DNA of 64,000 nt, from the IMG/VR virus record IMGVR_UViG_3300045988_092861, positions 14,226-78,225 of that record. One strand, given 5' to 3'. The notes under the pieces are model-generated. The model was not told the origin of the DNA. It made no database searches and saw nothing but the letters and a program-made list of their open reading frames with translations. Shown here piece after piece: positions 1-8,144 of the stretch. Origin of the DNA: a virus. Position numbers and translations under genes: made by a program. Within the stretch, counting starts at the first letter, position 1, and each line of letters starts with the position of its first letter.

Positions 1-1
1 A

Positions 2-382
2 GCAGCAGAGGACGAACTGTTCGCAAAGGATTACGCCAAGCCGAACAAGAATATCGATGACTGCTGCGACTTTATCATCTCAAAGGTCAAGAAATCCGGA
101 AGACAAGGATTTGATGATGATGAGATTTATGGTCTTGCGGTTCATTATTATAATGAAGAAGAGGTTTCATTCAGCAAGAACATAAATTGCACCATCGTTA
201 CAAACCTCTCAGACCAAACCAAGGAGAGTTTGGAGAAGAAGGCAGAGGAGGAGTTCAAGCAAGCTAAGATTATGGAGCTCAAAAAGAAGGAGTCTGCAGA
301 GAAGGAGCGCTTGAAGAAGAAAGCCGAGGCCAAGAGAAAGAAGGATGCCGAGGTTGGGCAGTTGAGTTTGTTTGATTTTTAA
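2..382 (+). CDS. PcfK-like protein (family that includes Cas9 inhibitor AcrIIA9), 5'-truncated by window edge
   Basis: Frame 2 is open from the window start to TAA 380-382. Translation AAEDELFAKDYAKPNKNIDDCCDFIISKVKKSGRQGFDDDEIYGLAVHYYNEE, then a K/E-rich tail, matches PcfK-like proteins from memory. A PcfJ-like gene follows directly. Confidence 0.55.
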   Translation, partial: AAEDELFAKDYAKPNKNIDDCCDFIISKVKKSGRQGFDDDEIYGLAVHYYNEEEVSFSKNINCTIVTNLSDQTKESLEKKAEEEFKQAKIMELKKKESAEKERLKKKAEAKRKKDAEVGQLSLFDF

Positions 383-393
383 TTATGTGAGTT

Positions 394-1665
394 ATGAAAC
401 CAAGAAATAAGATAGAGCGTGAAGTCGTCAAACTATCCGTTAGAATACCAGAGTTATCTGACAAACAACGTCAGTGGGCCATCAAAACTTGTATTTCAGA
501 AGACGTCGCTTATAAGTATAGAGACAGATTTTCAAGAGGGTGTTTTTATCTTGTATGTACTTTCAAAGGATGGCAAGTTCTCAGATATTTTCAGATAAGA
601 GCAAAGTTTCGGTTTTATAAGATTGTTAAAGAAAAAATCTACTTCAAGGAGTGTATGCAACAATGGATGAAAGACGGGAAATACGTCTTCCTTGCCAGAC
701 AGAGGATTAACGGATATTTCACAGACGCTTTTACTTCAAGCGGGAATTTGGAAGTGAGAACACATACTGTATGGGGCTACCTTGGCGACCCACGCGAACT
801 TGGATTTGATGGAGTATATTATGCCTCGGTTCAAGACAAGTATAAGTATGCTCTCAGAGACTTCAAGAAAAAAATTTCATGTGATGAAATCTTTCGTTCT
901 GTTAATGCTAACACGTACAATGAAACCCTCATGAGACGAGATGTTGATATGTGGAAAATGTGCAAGTATCACGAAGCAGTCTTTGACAAAGGAAAAATGT
1001 CAGCTATTAAGATTGTAGTCAGACACGGAAAGGCAGAATATCTTTATGACAGCTTATGGTGGGATATGCTCGACAGTATCATATATCTTAAGAAAGATGT
1101 ACGCAACCCTTCAATAGTTTGCCCGCAGAATCTTCACGATGCACACGACAAGTGGCTTAAGGCTGCTGACAACAAGAAAAAGAAGATGGAGGACAGAATG
1201 ACTAAACTGCGCTTGATTGCTGAAGAAAAAATGCAACTCAGGTACCTGGAGCAAGCAGCTAAAGCCGAAGAGGAGAATAAGAAAAAGGCAGAAGCAATGG
1301 CTAATGTTTATATTGCCAGAAGAAAGCAGTTCTTTGACATTGACATAAAGGATGGCGCCATAGACATACAGGTTCTTAAGTCCGTCCAGGAGTTCTTTGA
1401 AGAAGGAAAAGAGATGGGGCACTGTGTATTTAGAAACGGCTATTACGATGTGAACAGAAAGCCGAACTGTCTCATACTTTCTGCCAAGGTAAACGGACAG
1501 CGTATGGAGACAATCGAGGTAAACTTAGCCGATGTTACCGTTGTTCAATGCCAGGGCCACAGAAACATAAACTCAGCTTTCCACGATACTATCCTAAAAC
1601 TCATCAACGACAATCTATGGCAGATAGAATCTAGGCTTCCGAACAGAGCAAGCAGAACGGCGTAA
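394..1665 (+). CDS. PcfJ-like protein
   Basis: 423 aa with ATG start. The C-terminal EEGKEMGHCVFRNGYYD...LILSAKVNGQRMETIEVNL...VVQCQGHRN resembles the PcfJ-like domain. It is paired with a PcfK-like gene, as in Bacteroidales mobile elements. Confidence 0.55.
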   Translation: MKPRNKIEREVVKLSVRIPELSDKQRQWAIKTCISEDVAYKYRDRFSRGCFYLVCTFKGWQVLRYFQIRAKFRFYKIVKEKIYFKECMQQWMKDGKYVFLARQRINGYFTDAFTSSGNLEVRTHTVWGYLGDPRELGFDGVYYASVQDKYKYALRDFKKKISCDEIFRSVNANTYNETLMRRDVDMWKMCKYHEAVFDKGKMSAIKIVVRHGKAEYLYDSLWWDMLDSIIYLKKDVRNPSIVCPQNLHDAHDKWLKAADNKKKKMEDRMTKLRLIAEEKMQLRYLEQAAKAEEENKKKAEAMANVYIARRKQFFDIDIKDGAIDIQVLKSVQEFFEEGKEMGHCVFRNGYYDVNRKPNCLILSAKVNGQRMETIEVNLADVTVVQCQGHRNINSAFHDTILKLINDNLWQIESRLPNRASRTA

Positions 1666-1670
1666 TTTTT

Positions 1671-1772
1671 TAGTATTTTTGACTAAAATTTCCGTTTGAT
1701 ATATTTGCATATATCAAATAATTTTCGTACCTTTGCGTATAAGAAGAGCCTATTTTATGGTGTTTTAGGCTA
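1671..1772 (+). promoter_or_regulatory. Family-1 promoter cassette, copy 1 (-33 TTTG / -7 TAnnTTTG) with palindromic operator and leader hairpin
   Basis: -33 TTTG 1704-1707, a 20-nt spacer, then -7 TACCTTTG 1728-1735. 9-bp inverted arms TTGATATAT/ATATATCAA (1696-1717) straddle the -33 box. Hairpin AGCCTA/TAGGCT at 1747-1771. The upstream TAGTATTTTT.ACTAAAAT block is shared with the other copies. Confidence 0.6.
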
Positions 1773-1840
1773 TCAAGCCTGCATATATTCATGTTTTTAT
1801 GTTAAAATATAGTTAATTTTAGATTTTAAGTATTTAATCA

Positions 1841-1861
1841 TCAAATATTTTATTTAAATTT
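1841..1861 (+). promoter_or_regulatory. Family-2 operator 17-mer TATTTAATCATCAAATA plus -7 box TAAATTTG
   Basis: The 17-mer at 1841-1857 recurs in inverted pairs at 55134/55177 and as related copies at 30590/30633/41212. TAAATTTGCAGC at 1854-1865 lies just 5' of ATG 1868. Confidence 0.5.
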
Positions 1862-1867
1862 GCAGCA

Positions 1868-2713
1868 ATGGAATACGATTACAGTAAGCTCAGAGAGTAC
1901 ATCAAGCGTTGTAAGTGGCAATGGGCTACTTCTATGATAGACGTTCCTCACGAGTATATCCACAGAGACAAATGCGCTTTGACACGTGATGAATTCTATT
2001 ACTTCGTCAGCGCACAAAGAGACAATGGAGTCCACGAAAGATGGGGAAAGTATAATTTCCCTTACCTTTACATTGACGGTTATAAGTATTGGACGATGGG
2101 TGACCCATTCGAGACTACTTGGATTTTGAACAGACAGAAGGTTTTCAACGAGTTCGATTTCCTTGAGTGGCCAATACCGCGAATCTATTCGAACCAGGAG
2201 ATGGACGTGATGGCAAGATCTATCATGTTCACGTTCAAGAACAGAAGATTTTTCGAGGCAGGCATCGGAAACGGAGACTTCGTCGCCTACACCAAGATAA
2301 AACCGGAAATGTATTATGGAGTTGATCCTAGCAAGAAAGCAATCAAGCAGTTCAGGGATAAGACCTCTGGTTTTTTCCGAAGATGTTCTACTATTTCTTT
2401 TGAGGAGGCGATAAAGAAATGGATGTCGGCAGACAGCGTTGTGGTTGCTCTTTTCGGTACAGCTTCCTACTTCATGCCTCAGTATCTCCGTAAACTGGGC
2501 GAGAGTGGTCTGGATTATTGCCTTATGTTCTACAAGGATGACTACACCCCTGCAGAGTTCGAGGAAATGCACCATTTCACCTACGACAGAATGCAGCTGA
2601 AATCAATGTTCCCGAATTGTAACATATACAATCACAAGAATTTCATAACCATTTCAAGTAAAAAAATCATCTGGCAACAGACGACATTAGAAAATGAAAT
2701 ATTCCCAGTATGA
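1868..2713 (+). CDS. SAM-dependent methyltransferase with N-terminal phage-type domain
   Basis: The C-terminal half carries FFEAGIGNGDF (motif I-like), YYGVDPS and VVALFGTASY. It is visibly paralogous to the next ORF. The N-terminal WQWATSM..PHEYIHR..YKYWTMG domain is common in phage proteins. Confidence 0.6.
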   Translation: MEYDYSKLREYIKRCKWQWATSMIDVPHEYIHRDKCALTRDEFYYFVSAQRDNGVHERWGKYNFPYLYIDGYKYWTMGDPFETTWILNRQKVFNEFDFLEWPIPRIYSNQEMDVMARSIMFTFKNRRFFEAGIGNGDFVAYTKIKPEMYYGVDPSKKAIKQFRDKTSGFFRRCSTISFEEAIKKWMSADSVVVALFGTASYFMPQYLRKLGESGLDYCLMFYKDDYTPAEFEEMHHFTYDRMQLKSMFPNCNIYNHKNFITISSKKIIWQQTTLENEIFPV

Positions 2714-3236
2714 TAAAATAGCAAGTAAGTACGACACTTTGTTTCGTGATGAAATGAGTCTCGTTGAGAACCACGAGGTGGGGGAAAATCTCCCACCTCT
2801 CAGTGGTTCAATTCTAGACATCGGATGCGGAACCGGCTTACTTACAGAGATTGCAGAAATCGACCCGCAGGAATACTTAGGAGTTGATCCTAGTAAAGGA
2901 ATGTTGGAGCAGTTCATTAACAAACACCCTGAATATAAGGAAAGGGTAGTCTGCGAGCCTTTCGACGGTAAAAACCTGGACTGCAAGAATTTTGATAACA
3001 TTGTAGCTTTGTTCGGCTCTCCATCTTATCTTTCGCGGTATGCTGTTCTTTCAATATCACGGTGTAAAGCCCGAAAGTTCTTGATGTTTTACAAGGAGAC
3101 GTATCACCCCGTCACTTACGAGAAATGCGATGTAGAATTTAGGCATTTCTTCTATTCCAAGAAGGTCTTGTGCAGTCTTTTCGGTGAAGAAAACGTATCA
3201 GAGTATCACAATTATTTAATAGTAAATTGCGTATGA
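2694..3236 (+). CDS. Class I SAM-dependent methyltransferase
   Basis: ILDIGCGTGLLTE (motif I), YLGVDPSKGMLEQF and IVALFGSPSYL. Paralogous to the C-terminal half of 1868-2713. Confidence 0.75.
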   Translation: MKYSQYDKIASKYDTLFRDEMSLVENHEVGENLPPLSGSILDIGCGTGLLTEIAEIDPQEYLGVDPSKGMLEQFINKHPEYKERVVCEPFDGKNLDCKNFDNIVALFGSPSYLSRYAVLSISRCKARKFLMFYKETYHPVTYEKCDVEFRHFFYSKKVLCSLFGEENVSEYHNYLIVNCV

Positions 3237-3892
3237 CATCACAGAAAGGTTTGCGTTATGATGGCAGTATTGATAAATACCCCATCACAGAAGGCGAGAT
3301 TTACAGTTTAGGCAATGGTAGCAAGATTACCATTGCCGATATTACTTTGGGGCTTCCAGAGTTTTCAAAGAATGCCGACTGCGTATTCATCGACCCAGCA
3401 GGAAGCAAAGGAGTCCTCAAAGCGTATTACACCAAGGCGGAGAAGCAATGCCCAGTTGACAATTTTGATGAGTTCGTTGCCCACATCAAGAGGTGCATCG
3501 AGCAGATTAATCCGGACAGACTATTCGTCGAGTGCTTCTACAGAAATAAGAAGCAGTTGGTTCCTATGGTAGAATCGTTATTCCCTCATGTAAAAATCTA
3601 CGAGAACACCTATTATCATAAGCCAGATTGCAAGTGTTGGATTATCCAAGGCTCCAAGCAGGCAGAAGACTGGGGACTCCAGGGAATGGATGAATGGGAT
3701 GCGGTGTTCAAGATTTGTAAGGATGTTCCGTTCAGCTCTATCACAGACTTCTTCATGGGTCAAGGACTTGTTGCCCAAGCAGCCTATGCTGCTGGCAAGG
3801 TTTTCTATGGTAGCGATATGAACAGAAATCGTTTGGCTGTAGCCATCAGCAAGGTTGCCAAGCGAGGTGGAGAATGGACAGTAACTAAATAA
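3233..3892 (+). CDS. Beta-class (N6A/N4C-type) DNA methyltransferase-like protein with non-canonical motif IV (DPAG)
   Basis: ATG 3233 overlaps the upstream stop (ATGA). N-terminal ...LPEFSKNADCVFIDPAG sits where DPPY is expected. C-terminal ITDFFMGQGLVAQAAYAAGKVFYGSDMN matches the FxGxG SAM-binding motif in the permuted beta-class order. Confidence 0.5.
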   Translation: MTSQKGLRYDGSIDKYPITEGEIYSLGNGSKITIADITLGLPEFSKNADCVFIDPAGSKGVLKAYYTKAEKQCPVDNFDEFVAHIKRCIEQINPDRLFVECFYRNKKQLVPMVESLFPHVKIYENTYYHKPDCKCWIIQGSKQAEDWGLQGMDEWDAVFKICKDVPFSSITDFFMGQGLVAQAAYAAGKVFYGSDMNRNRLAVAISKVAKRGGEWTVTK

Positions 3893-3900
3893 TTACGCAT

Positions 3901-4635
3901 ATGATTAAACTCTCTCAGATTATCATCCTCAATGTTCCGAAGCGAGAACGTGAGGGTAACTACCTTAAGAAGTTGATAGAGACCAGCACGAAGCCCTATG
4001 GCATTCCTGTCAGTATCTCTATGGACCGAGGTAAGGGTCTTTGGGATAATTATTCCCAAGCGTTGACGCAAGAGGTAGCGGAAGGAACCCATCGTATGAT
4101 TATCCATGATGACATTACCTTCGACCGTAACATTCTTGCCAAGATTTTACATATTCTCTCTTTTGCTCCAGAAAACAACGTTATCAGTTTCTACAATCCA
4201 ACAAATGGTGACTATACTGATTGTTACGCAAAGGGCAAGCACGTTATCTCTACAAAGACAAACTTCTGGCTGCAGGCAAGCGTATATCCAAACGACCTTG
4301 CCAAGGATTTTGTTGAAACATCAAACAAGATGACGGATGATCAGACACGTTATGATGATTCGCGTCTTAAGGCATACCTTCAGGCAAAGGGTATCGACCT
4401 TTACGCCATCGTTCCCGGTCTGGTTCAGCATTTCGGTGCATACAGAAGCACGTTCAACAATCCAGGCGCAGTAGGTGGCATTCCTCGAAACAGCAAGACC
4501 TACGACAACCAGTTTGATGTAGAGTCTGTAGATTGGGAGAGTGAGTTCAAGAATCCTTATTTGGCTAAGTCAAGCAAGGATTGGGTTAAGGAAATAGTAA
4601 ACAAGGAATTTCTCGATGAATACAAAAAACTCTAA
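3901..4635 (+). CDS. Possible GT-A/GT25-like glycosyltransferase (weak)
   Basis: N-terminal IIILNVPKREREGNYLKKL and MIIHDDITFD resemble the GT25 'INL.R..eR' and 'EDD' motifs. This is weak pattern-level evidence only. Confidence 0.3.
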   Translation: MIKLSQIIILNVPKREREGNYLKKLIETSTKPYGIPVSISMDRGKGLWDNYSQALTQEVAEGTHRMIIHDDITFDRNILAKILHILSFAPENNVISFYNPTNGDYTDCYAKGKHVISTKTNFWLQASVYPNDLAKDFVETSNKMTDDQTRYDDSRLKAYLQAKGIDLYAIVPGLVQHFGAYRSTFNNPGAVGGIPRNSKTYDNQFDVESVDWESEFKNPYLAKSSKDWVKEIVNKEFLDEYKKL

Positions 4636-5074
4636 GGAAAATCTAGCCTTGAAATTGGCGAAGGACAATATCGAGGTTGAGCAGGTGAAGCCGCTGCATA
4701 TAGAATACGTTAAGGTTGACGACATTTATCCGAATGACTATAACCCTAATACGCATGATGCAGACAGTTTTGACCTTCTCATCAAATCGTTGCTCTATTT
4801 CGGATTTACTCAGCCTATCGTTGTAAACCGCTCGACGATGCAGATCGTGGACGGAGAGAACAGATACCGTGCCGCCTGCGTCATTGGATATGAGATGGTT
4901 CCTGTATGCTTTGTTGATTTTGACGAAGAGAAGTTGAGATATGCAACAATCATGCACAATGCCGCTCGCGGTCACAACAACAATGAAATGATGGGCAGAC
5001 TTAAGGATTACCTTGACACCCATTTCAGCAATTCCAGCGACAAGGTATTATTAAACAATAGAAATAAGAAATGA
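4616..5074 (+). CDS. ParB/Srx-fold protein, IbrB-like (copy 1)
   Basis: YPNDYNPN...IVDGENRYRA...HNAARGHNNNEMM shares its NYNPN, DG.-R and HN.ARG.H motifs with 6230-6892. Confidence 0.65.
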   Translation: MNTKNSKENLALKLAKDNIEVEQVKPLHIEYVKVDDIYPNDYNPNTHDADSFDLLIKSLLYFGFTQPIVVNRSTMQIVDGENRYRAACVIGYEMVPVCFVDFDEEKLRYATIMHNAARGHNNNEMMGRLKDYLDTHFSNSSDKVLLNNRNKK

Positions 5075-6264
5075 TATTTTACAGTGACAAAAACGTTTAT
5101 GAGGCAGCTCTTGAAAGATTCAGATACATCTTTCGGGAGTTTTATGGTAAGCGTAAGATTGTCGTGACGATGTCGGGAGGAAAGGACTCTACCGTGGTTC
5201 TCAACCTTGCTCACGAGGTTATGAAGGAGATGGGAATTGAAAAGATTCCCGTCCTCTTCCTAGACCAAGAGGCAGAGACTCCAATGACTATCGAGTATAT
5301 ACGATACATCATGCACTTGCCGTGGGTTGAGCCATATTGGATTCAGTCATACTTCCAGGAATGGAATGCCTCAAAGGGAGAATGGTTCAATGTATGGGGG
5401 CCTGGAGAAAAATGGATTCGTGAGAAGGAACCAGATTCTTATGGAGATTTGGAAATCCCTCACAATCAGTATTTCTCCAAGACCCTCGATCAGGTACACA
5501 GAATGCTCTTTGGCAAAGACTACCTAACTTTGGGCGGTGTCCGTATCGAGGAATCGCCGGCACGTTTGTCTGGTCTTACCAGAGGCGAATGTCTTCCTGG
5601 CATAACATGGGGAGGTGGTGGCGGATATTATAAAGACGGCACACCGAGAAGTCTGGTGCTCTACCCTATTTGGGATTGGAAGGTTCATGATGTATGGTAT
5701 TACATCTTTAGCAACAAGCTTCCGTACTGCAAGCTCTATAACTATCAGTTCACGCAGAAGCCACTCAGAGCATGCCGAGTTAGTTCCCTCATCCATGAGC
5801 AGGCTATCCACGACTTAGGTTTCATCAAGGAGGTTGATCCATGGTTCTACGACAAGCTGGTGCGAAGAGTGGCAAACGTCAATACATCTGTACACGTCTT
5901 TAACGAAGTGGCAACATACTGCTACAACTTGCCACCTTATTTCAAGGATTGGGATGAATACGTTGATTATCTCGCAGACAATCTTTGTGAAGACAAGAAG
6001 AATGCGGAGACTATCAAGAAAGGCTACCGTTCCGCCAAGAAGAGAAATGTAGCTAAAGCCGGTCATTGCCAGGAGTGTATTGATTATGTCATACATCAGA
6101 TTGGCTATACAAGTGCCGTCTGCGTCATTGCGGAAGATTTCGGCATGAAGCGCATTCAGAGTGTAGAGCGTTCTTTGCGTCAGTATTTGAGCGACAATTA
6201 TGTTAAAATAGAAAAAGCTAATAAGGAATATGAATCTTCAAGAGAACATCAAGAAGGAGTTTGA
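5071..6264 (+). CDS. PAPS-reductase/PP-loop ATPase family protein, IbrA-like
   Basis: PP-loop VVTMSGGKDSTVV, about 400 aa with a long C-terminal extension. Flanked on both sides by IbrB-like ParB genes. ATGA-type overlap with the upstream gene. Confidence 0.8.
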   Translation: MIFYSDKNVYEAALERFRYIFREFYGKRKIVVTMSGGKDSTVVLNLAHEVMKEMGIEKIPVLFLDQEAETPMTIEYIRYIMHLPWVEPYWIQSYFQEWNASKGEWFNVWGPGEKWIREKEPDSYGDLEIPHNQYFSKTLDQVHRMLFGKDYLTLGGVRIEESPARLSGLTRGECLPGITWGGGGGYYKDGTPRSLVLYPIWDWKVHDVWYYIFSNKLPYCKLYNYQFTQKPLRACRVSSLIHEQAIHDLGFIKEVDPWFYDKLVRRVANVNTSVHVFNEVATYCYNLPPYFKDWDEYVDYLADNLCEDKKNAETIKKGYRSAKKRNVAKAGHCQECIDYVIHQIGYTSAVCVIAEDFGMKRIQSVERSLRQYLSDNYVKIEKANKEYESSREHQEGV

Positions 6265-6892
6265 TGCTGCCAAGGATAAGGTGCAGTTTTTGAACGACCT
6301 CAGAAAGTATATCAGTTCCTTATCTCCGGAGAAAGTCAACCCAGTAGATTGCGTGCTTTGGGTTGACAAGGATATGGTTGTAGCCAACAACTACAACCCT
6401 AACCACGTAGCAGATAAGGAAATGCGTCTTCTCTATACATCCGTGAGGGAAGACGGTTACACAATGCCTATCGTTACCATTTGGGACGAGAAGCTGCAGA
6501 AGTATGTAATCATCGACGGTTTCCACAGAAACCTCGTTATTCGCAAGTTTGCGGACATCAATGAGCGATGTGGCGGAAAGCTGCCGATTGTAGTCCTAGA
6601 CAAGGACATTGACCAGCGTATGGCATCAACCGTAAGACACAATCGTGCCCGTGGAAGTCACTCTGTCGATGGAATGGTAAACATCGTTTTCAATATGCTC
6701 AGAGATGGTGTGTCTGAGCGTGAGATTTGCGAAAAGGTAGGTCTGGAGCAGAAAGAGCTTGTAAAGCTTAAGTTTGTTACCGGTTTCGCCAAGATTTTCA
6801 AGAACTATAAGTACAATGCGGCTATCGAAAAGGTTGTCGACGAGAGACGCGTAGCAAGAGAGACAGCCAAGAAGAAGGAGGATAAGAAATGA
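6230..6892 (+). CDS. ParB/Srx-fold protein, IbrB-like (copy 2)
   Basis: ANNYNPNHV...IIDGFHRNLV...VRHNRARGSHSVDGM. Overlaps the IbrA-like stop by 35 nt. Confidence 0.7.
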   Translation: MNLQENIKKEFDAAKDKVQFLNDLRKYISSLSPEKVNPVDCVLWVDKDMVVANNYNPNHVADKEMRLLYTSVREDGYTMPIVTIWDEKLQKYVIIDGFHRNLVIRKFADINERCGGKLPIVVLDKDIDQRMASTVRHNRARGSHSVDGMVNIVFNMLRDGVSEREICEKVGLEQKELVKLKFVTGFAKIFKNYKYNAAIEKVVDERRVARETAKKKEDKK

Positions 6893-7521
6893 AAGTAAAG
6901 GTAGTTAAACTCAGTGAAATCTTTCCTTACTATGACAACCCTCGTGACAATACGAATGCGGTTGAGCCTACGAAGGAGAGTATCAAGCGTTTTGGATACG
7001 TTAAGCCTATCCTCGTTGATAAGGCAGGTGTAATCATTGCCGGTCACACAAGATATGTGGCTGCTTACCAGTTGGGAATGGAGTTCGTTCCTGTCGTTTA
7101 CTCGGATATGGACGACGAAATGGCAAAGAAGTACCGCATCCTCGATAACAAGCTGGCAGAGAAATCTTCCTTTGATGAAGACCAGCTTTTGGAGGAATTG
7201 CGCAACATGGAGGTTCCTACAGATATGCAGGCATTCTTCTTTGAGGACATCAATCAGATGCTCAACTTCTCTCTCGACAGCATCAACCAGCAGGCAGAAG
7301 AGTATGGTGGCTTCCAGAATGACTATTCTCAGGTTGATGATGAGAACTTCGAGACTCCATCAAATGAAGAGGCTGGCGAAAGCGAGGAAGCTCCTTCGGA
7401 TGAGGAGGAAGACCCTGCCAAGGATTTGTTCGTTCTCAAAGAGCGCGAGGACGGTTCACATTATATGAAGGTCGTTTGCCCATATTGTGGAAATATGGAA
7501 ACAATAGAAATTGAGGATTAA
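6889..7521 (+). CDS. ParB-like nuclease-domain protein with acidic linker and C-terminal CxxC
   Basis: KPILVDKAGVIIAGHTRYVAAYQLGMEFVPVV is typical of the ParB N-terminal domain. It has an E/D-rich linker and ends VVCPYCGNMETIEIED. Confidence 0.7.
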   Translation: MKVKVVKLSEIFPYYDNPRDNTNAVEPTKESIKRFGYVKPILVDKAGVIIAGHTRYVAAYQLGMEFVPVVYSDMDDEMAKKYRILDNKLAEKSSFDEDQLLEELRNMEVPTDMQAFFFEDINQMLNFSLDSINQQAEEYGGFQNDYSQVDDENFETPSNEEAGESEEAPSDEEEDPAKDLFVLKEREDGSHYMKVVCPYCGNMETIEIED

Positions 7522-7526
7522 CAGGT

Positions 7527-8144
7527 ATGGAAGAGATTAAGATTAATGACAAGGTAATTGAGTTACCTATTGACAGTATCGTGCCTCATGACGGTTCGCA
7601 CAAGACCGACGAGACGGCAGTACAGGCAATCATGCAGTCCATCAAGGATTTCGGCATCACTCAGCCTATTTCCGTTGACAAGAACAACGTAATTGTAACA
7701 GGTAACGGTGTGTATAAGGCAGCTAAGGCATTGGGAATGGATAAGGTTCCCTGCATTCGTCTTGACTATCTGACTGATGAGCAGATTAAGCAGTATAGAA
7801 TCGCTGATGACAAGACGTCCGAGTTCGCCACTTGGAACGAGAAGAAGCTTCGCAAGGAGCTCTCCTATCTCGGTGATCCTAACAGCATTCAGTTTGCTTT
7901 CGATGAGAGCATTGCCGGTATGCTTGGACTCAATGCTAAGCCAAAGGAACAGAAACCTGCGGCCGCACCTTCCAAGGCTGAGACTAACCATACGGCTAAG
8001 AAGGTCGTAACCGAAGCCCAGAAGGACCAGAAGTTCAAGGAGGAAATGAAGGGCGTTGAGGAGAATATCCAGGTCAAGCCTTCAGAGTATTATGAGTATA
8101 ATTGTTCCGCTTGCGGTAAACTGGTAAAAGTTAAGAAGCCATGA
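7527..8144 (+). CDS. ParB-like domain protein (degenerate catalytic motif) with C-terminal CxxC
   Basis: QPISVDKNNVIVTGNGVYKAAKALGMDKVPCI has GNGVY in place of GHTR. It ends YEYNCSACGKLVKVKKP. Confidence 0.6.
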   Translation: MEEIKINDKVIELPIDSIVPHDGSHKTDETAVQAIMQSIKDFGITQPISVDKNNVIVTGNGVYKAAKALGMDKVPCIRLDYLTDEQIKQYRIADDKTSEFATWNEKKLRKELSYLGDPNSIQFAFDESIAGMLGLNAKPKEQKPAAAPSKAETNHTAKKVVTEAQKDQKFKEEMKGVEENIQVKPSEYYEYNCSACGKLVKVKKP

